Shown here: positions 43,421 through 54,811 of the stretch, piece by piece | How positions within the stretch are numbered: position 1 is the first letter of the stretch | How the letters are laid out: every line of letters begins with the position of its first letter | From: an uncultured delta proteobacterium | Lineage (GTDB): Bacteria > Desulfobacterota > RBG-13-43-22 | Reading direction: 5' to 3' | Length of the DNA stretch: 64,000 nucleotides | Assembly (NCBI GenBank): GCA_963790475.1 | Contig: CAWBOS010000012.1 | Location: 480,001 to 544,000, forward strand | The notes under the pieces: model-generated | What the model saw: only the letters and a program-made list of their open reading frames with translations | Told to the model about the DNA's origin: nothing | The model's database searches: none | Made by a program: the position numbers and the translations under genes

Positions 43421-44560
43421 ATGCTCGAAGCTATCATCAGTGGATTATCCGGACTCATCGCCGGGTTTGCTCATTTCCAGCTATCCAACCTGGTCATGAT
43501 CGTCATCGGTTGTCTTCTCCTTTATTTGGGAATAAAAAAGGATTTTGAACCCCTGCTTCTGCTTCCCATAGGATTTGGGGCCATCATGGTCAACATCCCC
43601 CTGGCCGATTTGATGGGGAAGGATGGATTTCTGCGCATTATCTATGATGCCGGCGTCATCACCGAATTATTTCCTTTACTTATTTTTGTCGGCATCGGGG
43701 CCATGACCGATTTCGGCCCTGTCCTGGAAAATCCTTATACTTTTCTCTTGGGGGCGGCAGGACAATGCGGTATATTTTTGACCTTGCTCCTGGCCCTGGC
43801 CCTGGGTTTTGGTAAATTGGATGCGGTTACCATCGGCATTATTGGGGCCTGTGACGGGCCAACGGTCATTTATGTCGCTTCCCGGTATGCCCCTCATCTG
43901 CTGGGGGCGGTCTCGGTAGCCGCTTATTCCTATATGTCTCTGGTCCCTGTGCTCCAGCCGCCGATCATGAAAATGCTGACCACGAAAAAAGAACGCCAAA
44001 TCGTCATGAAGACTCATAAAAAGACCGTATCCAAAACCACCCGGATACTCTTTCCCATTGTCATCACCATTTTGGGCGGATTGATCGCCCCCAAAGGCCT
44101 TCCCCTGTTAGCCACAATTATGCTCGGGAACCTGATGAGGGAATCAGGAGCGGTGGCCCGGCTGACCAATGCTTCACAAAATGAAATTGCCAACGTGGTC
44201 ACCTTGCTCCTGGGGATTTCCATCGGGGCTACCATGAGCGGTCCGGAATTCGTTAAATCGCAGACCCTGATTATTCTGGCCCTGGGGTTATTGGCCATTT
44301 GTCTGGACACGGTTTGCGGGGTCCTCTTCGGGAAGGTTTTAAGAGTGTTGAGCGGCGGGAAAGTGAATCCCTTGATCGGAGCGGCAGGCATTTCGGCTTT
44401 TCCCATGTCGGCTCGGGTGGTCCAGAAAGAAGGTTTCAGGTATAATAAAAAGAATTACCTGCTCATGCACGCCATGGGGGCCAATGCCGGAGGTCAGATC
44501 GGGTCGGTCATGGCCGCAGCGGTCATGCTTTCGGTGTTGAAGGGCATGGGGATAATTTAA
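43421..44560 (+). CDS. Na+-translocating decarboxylase beta subunit (OadB/GcdB/MmdB family)
   Basis: FEPLLLLPIGFG, GIIGACDGPT, AAYSYMSLVP, GAAGISAFPMSAR. Confidence 0.93.
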   Translation: MLEAIISGLSGLIAGFAHFQLSNLVMIVIGCLLLYLGIKKDFEPLLLLPIGFGAIMVNIPLADLMGKDGFLRIIYDAGVITELFPLLIFVGIGAMTDFGPVLENPYTFLLGAAGQCGIFLTLLLALALGFGKLDAVTIGIIGACDGPTVIYVASRYAPHLLGAVSVAAYSYMSLVPVLQPPIMKMLTTKKERQIVMKTHKKTVSKTTRILFPIVITILGGLIAPKGLPLLATIMLGNLMRESGAVARLTNASQNEIANVVTLLLGISIGATMSGPEFVKSQTLIILALGLLAICLDTVCGVLFGKVLRVLSGGKVNPLIGAAGISAFPMSARVVQKEGFRYNKKNYLLMHAMGANAGGQIGSVMAAAVMLSVLKGMGII

Positions 44561-44667
44561 GGCAAAGAGCAAAGAGCTTAGAGCTTAAAAATCCATTTTA
44601 ATTTTTTCTCTATTCCCCTTGCCCCATGCTCTCTGCTCTATACCCTACGCGTTTTTCAGGAAAGGCT

Positions 44668-44803
44668 ATGCCCATCCTCTCTATTTTCTGGATTTTGTTT
44701 AGAGAGAATCGACCCCAAAGAATCGGCCATTGTACCCAGAGTGCATCCTGATCTGCCCGCGAGAGGCCATCCAGATCCGCCGGGATCTTCCCATTATGGT
44801 TTG
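44668..44803 (+). pseudogene. Internally deleted miniature copy of the DUF362 gene at 47956-49071
   Basis: Three consecutive blocks resemble 47956-48025, 48563-48576 and 48640-48703. Confidence 0.75.
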
Positions 44804-44834
44804 TATGGCAAATGTCTAATTACGGGTCTCCTCT

Positions 44835-47666
44835 TTAAATTCTCGCCGCGGCATAGGCCAACTTAGCGGACTTCCATCTCAGATAAATTTTGGTGATTTC
44901 GGCAGCGATCGAGGCCATGAAAATAAAGGGAGTCATGAACAGCCAATCCCCGAAACTTAGGGGAACAGTATCAAAGAAAGGCTGAAGGAACGGGACATAA
45001 ACCGAAATGATCACCAGCAGGAACGAACCTCCCACAGCCCAAAGCATCCATTTGTTAGAGAAGACCCCGATGGAAAAGATCCCATAGTGTTCCGAGCGGG
45101 CCGTAAAAGCTCGAAAGAGTTCTGAAAGACATAAGGCAACAAAGGCCATGGTTTGGGCCCGTTCCACTTGTTGCGGATACATTTGCAGCGCCCAATAGTA
45201 ACAGCCAAGTACGGCCGAGGTCATGACCACGGCCTGCACCAGAGTGCCGATCTGCATCTCCCAGTTAATCACCGGCTCTTTGGTTGGACGAGGTGGTCGT
45301 TTCATGATGTCCGGATCTCCTTTTTCCATACCCAGAGCCAAGGCGGGCGCTCCATCGGTGACTAAGTTCAGCATCAACAGTTGTACAGGCCTCAGCGGCA
45401 TCGGCACCCCGCCCAGCATGGCTAAAAAGATAATGAGAATTTCTCCGATATTACAGGAAATCAGGTAGTAGACGAACTTGCGAATATTAGAATAAATAAT
45501 CCGTCCTTCTTCAATGGCCGAAACAATGCTGGCGAAATTATCGTCCGTGAGCACCATATCGGCCGTCTCCTTGGAGACGTCCGTACCCGTGATACCCATG
45601 GCCACACCAATGTTCGCCCGCTTCATAGCGGGGGCATCGTTCACCCCGTCTCCGGTCATGGCCACGACATGTCCCCTGGCCCTGAAGGCATCCACAATCT
45701 TGGTCTTGTGCTGAGGCGAAACCCGACAACAGACATCAACCCTGTCGATTTCCGCTACGAGTTCCTCCTCGCTCATCTTTTCCAACTCTGAACCGGAAAG
45801 TACTTTCCCGCCGGGGGTTAACAGGCCGATCTCTTTGGCGATAGCCTCCGCCGTATCCTTGTAATCGCCGGTGACCATGACGCTCTTCAGACCGGCCCCC
45901 TGGGCAACCTTTACCGCATCCTTTACCTCCGGCCGAGCTGGATCGATCATACCCAGGAGACCGATAAAGGTCAGCCCTCTTTCCATTTCTTCAGAGGTGC
46001 ATTGACTCGGAATGGAATCCAGGGGACGATAAGCCATACCCAGGACCCGCAAGGCCTGTTGGGCCATGTCCTGGTTTACAGCCAGCACATCTTTCCGCTT
46101 CTCTGCTGATATGGGAATGGCTTTCCCGTCTTTTATAATCGAGTCACATAAATCCAGGATGATGTCCGGGGCCCCTTTAACAAAGGTACAAACCTCAGGG
46201 AAATCGAAGCCTATAGGAGTCGGCTGATTCCCGGCCAGTTGGTTCTGATGAATTGTGGTCATCCTTTTTCGTTCCGAGTCAAAAGGGATTTCCTGCACCC
46301 GGGGCAAGACCTTTTCAACTTCCCCGCGCCAAAGCCCTGCTTTGGCAGCGGCTACTACTAAGGCTCCCTCCGTCGGATCGCCCACCATCTGCCAAGCCGG
46401 CTCCCCTTCTTCTGCGTTACTTTCTTCTAATTTGGCATCGTTGCATAGCAAACTCCCATGAAGCAACAAAGAAACACTCGGATCTTCAGTCGGTTCGAAT
46501 ACCCGGCTGTCTACGGAATACTGCCCGCTGGGATTGTATCCTTCCCCCGTTACCTTAAATCTTGTTCCACCGGCCCAGCCTTGAACAACGGTCATCTCAT
46601 TCTGGGTCAAGGTGCCGGTCTTATCCGAACAGATGACCGTGGCGCACCCCAGGGTCTCCACTGCCGGCAACTTACGAATTAAGACATGCCGGCGGATCAT
46701 CCGTTGCATGCCCAGAGCCAGGCAAATGGTCACTACTGCCGGTAATCCCTCTGGGACCGCGGCAATAGCCAGACTGACTGCAGTCATGAAAAGCTCGATG
46801 ATGTCCTTCTTTTCTGTCGTAAGATAGGCCAGGAAACCTTGGCTAAAAATCGTCCCGAAATGGGTATCCCTTATGAGACCATAAAAGAAAATGACCCCGC
46901 AAATGGCCAGGCAGGCAATCCCCAACATCTTGGCCAATTGATCCAGCTTTATCTGGAGGGGAGTAGACTCTTCCTCATAGGATTGCAGCATCTCAGCGAT
47001 CATACCGATCTGGGTGTGCATGCCTGTGCCTGTCACCAAGCCTTTCCCTCTGCCGTAGGTTACCAGTGTGGACATGAAAGCAGAGTTCCGCCGGTCTCCG
47101 ATGGGAATATCCTTGTCCAGAACCACAGCGGCGTGTTTATCCACAGGAACTGACTCTCCGGTCAGGGAAGCCTCTTCGATTTTAAGATTTACACTTTCTA
47201 CAAGGCGTATGTCTGCCGGAACATAATTCCCGGCTTCTATGAGGACGATGTCGCCGGGAACGAGGCCCGGGGATAGTATGGTCACTTGATGCCCGTCACG
47301 TATGACTTGAGCCGAGGGAGCGGCCATCTTTTTTAAAGCAGCCAGGGCCTGCTCGGCCTTGGATTCCTGGACGACGCCTACGATGGCGTTCAGAACCACG
47401 ATGACCATGATGGCAGTCGCGTCAATGATTTCGCCAAGAAGCAAGGAAACTATGGCAGCAATGATGAGGATGATTACCAGGAAATTATTAAACTGGTCCA
47501 GGAGCATACTCAGAAAGCCGGGACGCGGCCGCTCCTTCAGTTCATTATGGCCATACTTATTCAGCCTGGCCTGGGCCTCATCTTGGGTCAATCCTCTTTC
47601 CAGATGGGTTTCCAATTGACTGATAATATGTTCAACCGGCAGGTGATGACATTCAAGATATTCCAT
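44835..47666 (-). CDS. P-type cation (Ca2+-like) ATPase
   Basis: TGES, PEGL, DKTGTLT, KGAP, TGDGVND. Confidence 0.96.
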   Translation of the reverse strand: MEYLECHHLPVEHIISQLETHLERGLTQDEAQARLNKYGHNELKERPRPGFLSMLLDQFNNFLVIILIIAAIVSLLLGEIIDATAIMVIVVLNAIVGVVQESKAEQALAALKKMAAPSAQVIRDGHQVTILSPGLVPGDIVLIEAGNYVPADIRLVESVNLKIEEASLTGESVPVDKHAAVVLDKDIPIGDRRNSAFMSTLVTYGRGKGLVTGTGMHTQIGMIAEMLQSYEEESTPLQIKLDQLAKMLGIACLAICGVIFFYGLIRDTHFGTIFSQGFLAYLTTEKKDIIELFMTAVSLAIAAVPEGLPAVVTICLALGMQRMIRRHVLIRKLPAVETLGCATVICSDKTGTLTQNEMTVVQGWAGGTRFKVTGEGYNPSGQYSVDSRVFEPTEDPSVSLLLHGSLLCNDAKLEESNAEEGEPAWQMVGDPTEGALVVAAAKAGLWRGEVEKVLPRVQEIPFDSERKRMTTIHQNQLAGNQPTPIGFDFPEVCTFVKGAPDIILDLCDSIIKDGKAIPISAEKRKDVLAVNQDMAQQALRVLGMAYRPLDSIPSQCTSEEMERGLTFIGLLGMIDPARPEVKDAVKVAQGAGLKSVMVTGDYKDTAEAIAKEIGLLTPGGKVLSGSELEKMSEEELVAEIDRVDVCCRVSPQHKTKIVDAFRARGHVVAMTGDGVNDAPAMKRANIGVAMGITGTDVSKETADMVLTDDNFASIVSAIEEGRIIYSNIRKFVYYLISCNIGEILIIFLAMLGGVPMPLRPVQLLMLNLVTDGAPALALGMEKGDPDIMKRPPRPTKEPVINWEMQIGTLVQAVVMTSAVLGCYYWALQMYPQQVERAQTMAFVALCLSELFRAFTARSEHYGIFSIGVFSNKWMLWAVGGSFLLVIISVYVPFLQPFFDTVPLSFGDWLFMTPFIFMASIAAEITKIYLRWKSAKLAYAAARI

Positions 47667-47955
47667 AGTAACCCTCTACCAAATTTTGATTGGATACGAT
47701 TTTTAGGTAAACGGAACGGATTATAGAATTAGAAAGGAAGGCCGGTCAAGGAGAAAACATGAAAAAGAATGGGGGAAATGATCTCAACCTCAAATCAAGG
47801 GAAAGAATTTGTCGGAAACACTCTCCTGTCTGATAATATTACTTTGACCTAATGCGGTTTAATAGATAAAGGTCGTCAGAATTAGAAAAAGATGGTAAAA
47901 TAAAAATAGAGTGGAAAAATTCACCTGATTGCCCTTTCAAGACCAAAGGGGTATT

Positions 47956-49071
47956 ATGCCTCATCCCGTTTATTTTCTGGATTTGAAGACTTCATTTAAA
48001 GAGAACCGGTTGCAACGGATCGGCCGGTTACTGGACCGGGTCCCTTTTTCCAAACCCCTGGTCAAGAAAAATCTGGTAGCGGTCAAGCTCCATTTCGGGG
48101 AAAAGGGGAACACGGCCTATGTAAAACCGATTTATGTCCGTCCCATAACCGACAAGATCCGGGACTGGGGGGGGAAGCCTTTTCTGACCGATGCCAATAC
48201 CCTTTATGTGGGAACCCGCAGCGACAGTGTTTCTCATCTCCAGACCGCTCTGGAAAACGGTTTTTCTTTCACCACCGTGGGGGCTCCGTTGGTAATCGCC
48301 GACGGTATCAAAGGCCAATCAGCCGTCCGGGTCTCCATCCATCAAAAACATTTTGCGGCGGTTTCTATTGCCTCCGATATCGTCGAGGCCGATGCCCTTG
48401 TCAGTGTGGCCCATTTCAAAGGCCATGAATTGTCCGGGTTTGGGGGAACGATCAAGAATCTGGGCATGGGTTGTGCGTCCCGGGAAGGCAAGCTGAGCCA
48501 GCATTCCAATACGTCCCCTAAGATCACCCGCAAGAAATGCCTCGGTTGCGGCGAATGCATCAGCCATTGTGCCCAGCAGGCCATTGCCCTTCAAGAAAAA
48601 AAGGCCATGGTCAACCCGGAAAAATGTATCGGCTGCGGCGAGTGCATCCTGCTCTGCCCGCAAGAAGCCATCCGGATCCGCTGGAATCCCTCCATAACGG
48701 TTTTTCAGGAGCAATTGGTCGAATCCACCTTGGGGGTTCTGAAGGGCAAGGAGGGCCGGGCCGTTTTTTTGAATTTTCTGACCGATATCTCTCCGGCCTG
48801 TGATTGTTACGATCATAGTGATCGGCCGATTGTCCGGGATATCGGTATCCTGGCCTCCACTGATCCGGTGGCCATCGATCAGGCCTCGGTGGACCTGGTC
48901 AACAACGAGCCGGGCAATAAGGATTCGGCCTTAACCAAAAATTATAAATCCGGGGAAGATAAATTCCGTGGGGTTTACCCCAAGATCGACTGGGAAGTTC
49001 AGCTTCGATACGCCGAAGAAATCGGATTGGGAACCCGGAAATATGAATTGGTCATCCTGGGGGAAAAATAA
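47956..49071 (+). CDS. DUF362 Fe-S protein with 2x[4Fe-4S] ferredoxin domain
   Basis: VKLHFGE, HFKGH, IKNLGMG, two CxxCxxCxxxC, DPVAIDQA. Confidence 0.88.
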   Translation: MPHPVYFLDLKTSFKENRLQRIGRLLDRVPFSKPLVKKNLVAVKLHFGEKGNTAYVKPIYVRPITDKIRDWGGKPFLTDANTLYVGTRSDSVSHLQTALENGFSFTTVGAPLVIADGIKGQSAVRVSIHQKHFAAVSIASDIVEADALVSVAHFKGHELSGFGGTIKNLGMGCASREGKLSQHSNTSPKITRKKCLGCGECISHCAQQAIALQEKKAMVNPEKCIGCGECILLCPQEAIRIRWNPSITVFQEQLVESTLGVLKGKEGRAVFLNFLTDISPACDCYDHSDRPIVRDIGILASTDPVAIDQASVDLVNNEPGNKDSALTKNYKSGEDKFRGVYPKIDWEVQLRYAEEIGLGTRKYELVILGEK

Positions 49072-49227
49072 GGCGGAACTGCCTTACGGAAAAACACACC
49101 ATTAGGAATTCAAATATAACCTTCCTGGTATCCCGTTACTCCTGCCGGCCCCTTCGGGCAAGAAGGTTTACTAAAGCCCAAACATCTCCTGTTGAATGAA
49201 TCCAAGAACTGTGGTAGCCTCTAATTT

Positions 49228-50076
49228 ATGGAAACTGTAACGATTGAAGGGGTGACCCTCTATCTGAGTCATCCGGACACCTTACCCCTGGATTGGGTCG
49301 GGCAACCCGATCTGATAGACCAAGTCCTGGCCGCCTGGCTGGTGGTAGAGGAAAAAGACCTGCCATTGCATCCCCGGCTGATCGGCAAACCCGGTGTGGG
49401 CAAAACGACACTGGCTTATGCCGCAGCCCGGCGATTAGGGCGGGAAATCTATTTTTATCAGGCCACCATGGATACCCGGCCGGAAGACCTGATCATCACC
49501 CCGGTGATCGCCGAACAGGGAAAGATCCATTATATGGCCAGTTCCCTGGTGACGGCCATGATCCGTGGTGGGGTTCTGATTCTGGATGAGGGCAACCGGA
49601 TGAGCGAAAAGAGTTGGGCCTCCCTGGCCCCTTTATTGGACAACCGCCGCTATGTGGAGTCCGTGATCACCGGCGTCAAGATTCCGGCCCATCCGGAGTT
49701 TCGTTTTTGTGCCACCATGAACGACGATGCCAGCACCTTTGAGCTCCCGGAATATATTCACTCCCGCCTTCAGCCTCAGATTTTTATCGATTTTCCAGAA
49801 CCGGAAGAAGAAAAGCTGATCCTGAAACGGAACCTGCCCTTTGCCCCGGAGGATATCCTTAATTATGTGGTCCATTTTCTTCAAAGGGCCCATCAGGCCC
49901 ATGAACGCTATACGGTTAGGGACGGTATCAACATTGCCCGCTATGCCCTGAAGTCATTGGAAGGCCGTCAGTCCTTGAAGAAGGTCCCTCTGGGAGAACG
50001 AAAATCCCTGGTCTTACGCCTTTCCATTGAAATGATATTGGGGGAAAAGGCCTTGGATTATTGGCCTCACGGATAG
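49228..50076 (+). CDS. MoxR-like AAA+ ATPase
   Basis: GKPGVGKT, LILDEGNR, ATMN. Confidence 0.85.
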   Translation: METVTIEGVTLYLSHPDTLPLDWVGQPDLIDQVLAAWLVVEEKDLPLHPRLIGKPGVGKTTLAYAAARRLGREIYFYQATMDTRPEDLIITPVIAEQGKIHYMASSLVTAMIRGGVLILDEGNRMSEKSWASLAPLLDNRRYVESVITGVKIPAHPEFRFCATMNDDASTFELPEYIHSRLQPQIFIDFPEPEEEKLILKRNLPFAPEDILNYVVHFLQRAHQAHERYTVRDGINIARYALKSLEGRQSLKKVPLGERKSLVLRLSIEMILGEKALDYWPHG

Positions 50077-50106
50077 GAAAATCGGGAAAAGGGGCTGCCA
50101 TAGTTC

Positions 50107-51198
50107 ATGAAGGATCTCTATCAAATCATCGAACAGGAACTGGCTCATGGTCACGAAGTAATCCTGGCCACTATAGTGGCTCAAAGAGGTTCGGCCCCCC
50201 GTGCCCCAGGGACCCGGTTTCTGATCCGGTCCGACGGGTCTTTTGAAGGAACGATCGGAGGCGGAAAGGTGGAGGCCGATGTCCTGGCCAGTGCGCCAAA
50301 GGTTTTTGCGGAAAAGAAAAACAAGATCATCCTCTTCCGCTTAACCGGAGAGGAAGCGGCCGAGACCAAAATGATTTGCGGAGGGGAACTGGAGATCCAA
50401 CTGGAACTTATTTCCGGATCGATTCCCGCTCACCTGGAATTCTATAAAAAAATAGCTGATCTTTTGCGGAAGGGTACACCTGCCCTCATAGCCACATTGT
50501 TGGAGGAAGTTCAATCCGCCGATTTTGGGGATTCAAAATTTCTTTATGTGCCGGAAGAAGACCAACCACTGGCAAGCATACCCTGGATTGACCCGGTCAG
50601 GAAAGATCTTCCTGGGATACTTCTCAAAGGACAGCCTGTTTTGTTGACCGCCGTCGCCCAGGGAAAAGAAAAAAATATTTTTCTGGAACCCTTGATCGCT
50701 CCTCCCCGCTTATTAATTTTTGGGGCCGGTCATGTCTCTTCGGCCCTTTGCCCCTTGGCCAAAACGGTTGGATTCCAGGTGACGGTCTTCGATGACCGAC
50801 CGGAATTTGCCGGTCCCGGCCGTTTTCCGGAAGCGGATGATATCGTGGTTCGCCCCTTTGACCGGGTATTGGACAATGTTACTGTAGGCTCCAATACCTT
50901 CGTGGTCATCATAACCCGCGGCCACCTGCACGACCATCTGGTATTGAGGCAGATCCTGAAAACACATCCCCGCTATATCGGTATGATCGGCAGTCGAAAC
51001 AAGCGGGAGGTTATTTTCAATGCCTTGCGGAAGGAAAAATTTTCAGAGGAACTGATTCAATTCGTCCACACCCCGATCGGACTAAACATCCAGGCCGAGA
51101 CACCCGAAGAGATCGCCGTATCCATCGTAGCCGAGCTCATCCAGGTCCGCAACCAGAACCAAACCCTAAAGAAAAAAATCTCGACTCTGCCCCAATAA
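50107..51198 (+). CDS. XdhC/CoxI-family Moco maturation factor
   Basis: GSAPR, GTIGGG, ICGG, FGAGHV, YIGMIGS, TPEEIAVSI. Confidence 0.92.
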   Translation: MKDLYQIIEQELAHGHEVILATIVAQRGSAPRAPGTRFLIRSDGSFEGTIGGGKVEADVLASAPKVFAEKKNKIILFRLTGEEAAETKMICGGELEIQLELISGSIPAHLEFYKKIADLLRKGTPALIATLLEEVQSADFGDSKFLYVPEEDQPLASIPWIDPVRKDLPGILLKGQPVLLTAVAQGKEKNIFLEPLIAPPRLLIFGAGHVSSALCPLAKTVGFQVTVFDDRPEFAGPGRFPEADDIVVRPFDRVLDNVTVGSNTFVVIITRGHLHDHLVLRQILKTHPRYIGMIGSRNKREVIFNALRKEKFSEELIQFVHTPIGLNIQAETPEEIAVSIVAELIQVRNQNQTLKKKISTLPQ

Positions 51199-51480
51199 TT
51201 TCCTTCCCGGTTTACAGCGTATATTAATAAAAACCTTTCCCCGGCCCCTCCTTTATAATATTTTTTCGGAGTAGCACAGGCTCCAGATTCCTGAGAGTCG
51301 CTCGATTTAATTGTGAAGTCTTCCGAACTATGGTACTTTCAAAACTTGAAAGGGAATTCTTATCATTTAAAAAAAGCCCAAAGGGATTTGGCTGACCAAT
51401 TATCAACCGGATCAAACCCATCTGGCATGGTCCCCCCCTTGTCTGTGGCAAAAAACAATCGATTTATCATTGGGTAATCG

Positions 51481-51996
51481 ATGGACATTCAACCGAAGAT
51501 AGAATATCTGGAGGTGGTGGACGAAGACAACCAGGTTATCGGGATTGCCGACCGTCAGGAAATCCATGAAAAAGGCTTACGCCATCGTTCGGTCCACATC
51601 TTTATTTTCAATACCCGGGGAAACCTGTATCTCCAGAAACGATCTCCCTCCAAAGACCAGTACCCTGAACACTGGGACACCTCTGCCGCCGGGCACACCG
51701 ATCCCGGAGAATCGCAAAAAGAGGCGGCCCGAAGGGAACTGCAGGAAGAATTGGGTTTGGATGTGCCATTAATGGAGGTGCTTCAATACCCGGCCTGTCT
51801 GGAAACCGGTTGGGAATTCGTGACCCTCTTCACGGCCCGAACCGATGCCCCCATTCATCTCAATCTGGAAGAAGCCACGACCGGAGACTATTTCTCCCCT
51901 GATCAACTGAGCCAATTACTGGCCGACCCCCTGCAAAAAATCGCTCCCGGTTTTCCGGTTTTGTATGCCCTCTATCAAAGCAAATTTGCCGAATAA
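51481..51996 (+). CDS. NUDIX hydrolase (IDI-like)
   Basis: HRSVHIF; GHTDPGESQKEAARRELQEELG Nudix box. Confidence 0.88.
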   Translation: MDIQPKIEYLEVVDEDNQVIGIADRQEIHEKGLRHRSVHIFIFNTRGNLYLQKRSPSKDQYPEHWDTSAAGHTDPGESQKEAARRELQEELGLDVPLMEVLQYPACLETGWEFVTLFTARTDAPIHLNLEEATTGDYFSPDQLSQLLADPLQKIAPGFPVLYALYQSKFAE

Positions 51997-52176
51997 AACC
52001 CGATCATCCAACAAGAATGACTTGAATATTAAATAGTCTTGTTATGTTAATCGGATCATCCGACATATCCCCTATTCCCGGGAAGGGCTTTTCATTGATG
52101 GCCAACCGGCATTTCTTCAAAAAACTGTGAAAGTTGATGTTGCCCTAAAAAAAAAGACAGTATAGTTAGAGGACAC

Positions 52177-52329
52177 TTCATATATTTTTTGAATTAATCT
52201 TGTCCAGTTCCAGTTGGGTTTGGCGTTCTCATATGGCTCCAAGAAACAGGGAATGAGATCATACATATTTTCTTTTTGACGAAGCCCCTGAGAAACGCTA
52301 CTATAATAACTGTAATTAAATCTTATCAA
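52177..52329 (-). pseudogene. IS91-family transposase C-terminal remnant
   Basis: MIRFNYSYYSSVSQGLRQKE...LIPCFLEP...WTRLIQKIYEV resembles the YYGYYSN...WARLIQKIYEVDPL tail. Confidence 0.65.
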
Positions 52330-52342
52330 AAGGGATGAAGAG

Positions 52343-53071
52343 ATGCGTTCACTATTTGTCCTTATCGGATTCGTCCTGGCGGTCCTTTCAGGCTTAGCCG
52401 CTGTTCTATCAGGATTCGGAAGCCGATGGGACTGGTGGCATTTTGCAACGGGCTTTCTAATTCTGAGATGGGCCGCTTACGGAGGCATCGCTGCCGCCTT
52501 GATTTCGGCTGTGGGAGCGGTGGTCACCCGGCCGGGGCGGATGCGTCGAGGCTTTATCCTTTCGGTATGCGGTCTCATCATCGGGATCTTGGTCTCTGGT
52601 ATTCCTTTAAGCTGGTGGCAAACCGTCAAGAAAGTGCCGCCGATTCATGATATTACCACCGACACGGAGAATCCGCCCGGCTTTGTCTCGATCCTTCCCC
52701 TTCGGAAGAAGGCCCCAAATCCGGCTGAATACGGCGGGTCGGAAGTAGCGGCCCAGCAGCGTAGAGCCTATCCCGACCTTGTCCCGGCCATCCTTCCCCT
52801 TCCATCCAACCAGGCATTCGAACGCGCCTACAGGAAGGCACGGGAGATGGGATGGAAGATTGTCGATCAAAACCAGGCAGAGGGACGAATCGAGGCAACG
52901 GACACCACCCGGTGGTTCGGCTTCAAGGATGATATCGTGATCCGAGTCAGGCCGGAGGCCACAGGAAGCCGCGTCGACGTTCGTTCAGTTTCGCGCGTGG
53001 GGAAAAGCGACGTGGGCACGAATGCCAGAAGGATCCGAAAATACCTGAAAGCGCTGACGGAAAAAGGATGA
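52343..53071 (+). CDS. DUF1499-family membrane protein
   Basis: Three TM helices, PPIHDITTD, FGFKDD, RSVSRVGKSDVGTNARR. Confidence 0.88.
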   Translation: MRSLFVLIGFVLAVLSGLAAVLSGFGSRWDWWHFATGFLILRWAAYGGIAAALISAVGAVVTRPGRMRRGFILSVCGLIIGILVSGIPLSWWQTVKKVPPIHDITTDTENPPGFVSILPLRKKAPNPAEYGGSEVAAQQRRAYPDLVPAILPLPSNQAFERAYRKAREMGWKIVDQNQAEGRIEATDTTRWFGFKDDIVIRVRPEATGSRVDVRSVSRVGKSDVGTNARRIRKYLKALTEKG

Positions 53072-53243
53072 CTTGATCCTCTCAGTCTGCATAACTTTTT
53101 AATCCATCAAATTAACCCAAATTCGTCTCACAGCCGATGGGCAACTGTCTTCTCAGGGTGATTGGTGTAGGAGAGGGGGGATTCGAGAAAAGTACCATCC
53201 CTATTTTTATTCAACTATTCTGATTTATTTATAAGGTGAGAAA

Positions 53244-53576
53244 ATGAACTGGAAAGATTGGCTTGACCTCAACATTGACCTTTCCAAGATAAAGAACCAC
53301 GAGGACTATCGAGAATTGTGGCAACGGTTGGGGAAAATTGAGATTAAAATGACAGAAAAGCATGAAGAGTGCAAACATAATGTGGGAGACATCTTCATTT
53401 ATGAGAATCCCTACAAGAGACCGAAAGATGTTTGCGAAGCCTTGCTCCATGTATTTGATTTGTATGTCTGGCGGGTGGCCTTGGGGTTTCCTTCCTGGAA
53501 TAGTGAAAACAGAAAGGTGTTTAAGCTTCACTGTCCCGATCCTAAGGGAACGGTATGGGAGATGAGAAAAATATAA
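53244..53576 (+). CDS. TIGR04076-like Cys protein
   Basis: CKHNVGD, VCEAL, HCPDP. Confidence 0.65.
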   Translation: MNWKDWLDLNIDLSKIKNHEDYRELWQRLGKIEIKMTEKHEECKHNVGDIFIYENPYKRPKDVCEALLHVFDLYVWRVALGFPSWNSENRKVFKLHCPDPKGTVWEMRKI

Positions 53577-53634
53577 AATCCAGAATTCAGGATTCAGCAA
53601 TCAGTAATCAGAAAAAGGATACGAGGATAAAGAT

Positions 53635-54804
53635 TTGAGCGACATCCGCATTGATGAAAAAGAGCTCTTAAAGGTTGTGCAGAATTTCATACGCATTGAA
53701 TCAGTGAATCCCGATCTGTCCGGGGTAGGGAACGGGGAAGGGCTCATTGCCGAACACATTGGGAAATATCTGACCGAGACGGGTATTGAGGTTCATTTTC
53801 AGGAAATAAAACCAAACCGGGTCAACGTAATCGGAGTTCTGAAAGGGAGCGGTGAAGGCAAGGCCCTTATGCTGAATGGGCACACCGACACGGTCGGCAT
53901 AGCCCGGATGGATATTGAACCTTTAAATCCGGTATTCCGGGAGGGAAAGGTCTATGGCCGGGGCAGTTTTGATATGAAAGGCGGCCTGGCCGCCATGATC
54001 ATCGCTGTCAAAACCATCATCGATGCCGGCTTAAAACCCAAGGGGGATGTTATCCTGGCCTTTGTGGCCGATGAGGAATACCTGAGTCTGGGGACGGAGG
54101 TTTTGGTCAAGGAATACCCTGCCGACGCCGCCATCCTATGCGAGCCGACCAACCTAAAAGTTTGTATCGCCCATAAAGGCTTTGCCTGGATCAAGGTTGA
54201 GATCTTCGGCAAGGCCGCCCACGGCAGCCGACCGGACAGAGGGATCGATGCCATTGTCAAGGCCGGAAAGTTTTTGGCCCGGATAGAGGAACTGGGAAAG
54301 GGTGCCCTGATTCAAAAAAAGCACCCCATGCTGGGGTCGCCTTCTATCCATGCCTCGCTGATCAAAGGAGGTACCGAACTCAGCACTTACCCTGATTATT
54401 GTCTGATCGAATTGGAAAGAAGGTTCATTCCCGGGGAATCCGTTAAAACGATTGAAGCAGAAATGCAGACCCTGATCGATGACCTGGCATCAAAAGATGA
54501 ACAATTCAAGGCCAAATGTGAGGTATCTTTTTCCAGGCCCCCCCTTGAAGTGGCCAGGGATCATGAAATCGTCGGCGCCTTGACCAGGGCCTATGCCAAC
54601 ACTGTAAAAAATGACCCGGAATTCATTGGCGTGGGCGGATGGATGGATTCGGCCATCCTGGCCGAGGCCGGTATTCCTTCGGTGATTATTGGTCCGGCCG
54701 GGGAGGGGTTTCATGCCGCGACCGAATATGTGGATTTCGCCTCGGTCGTAACCCTGACCAAAATTCTGGTCGATACGATCATAGATTATTGTGGAGTCCT
54801 TTAA
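53635..54804 (+). CDS. ArgE/DapE-family M20 metallo-deacylase
   Basis: NGHTDTV, GRGSFDMKGG, DEE, EPT, C-terminal H; TTG start. Confidence 0.9.
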   Translation: MSDIRIDEKELLKVVQNFIRIESVNPDLSGVGNGEGLIAEHIGKYLTETGIEVHFQEIKPNRVNVIGVLKGSGEGKALMLNGHTDTVGIARMDIEPLNPVFREGKVYGRGSFDMKGGLAAMIIAVKTIIDAGLKPKGDVILAFVADEEYLSLGTEVLVKEYPADAAILCEPTNLKVCIAHKGFAWIKVEIFGKAAHGSRPDRGIDAIVKAGKFLARIEELGKGALIQKKHPMLGSPSIHASLIKGGTELSTYPDYCLIELERRFIPGESVKTIEAEMQTLIDDLASKDEQFKAKCEVSFSRPPLEVARDHEIVGALTRAYANTVKNDPEFIGVGGWMDSAILAEAGIPSVIIGPAGEGFHAATEYVDFASVVTLTKILVDTIIDYCGVL

Positions 54805-54811
54805 CTTTTTA

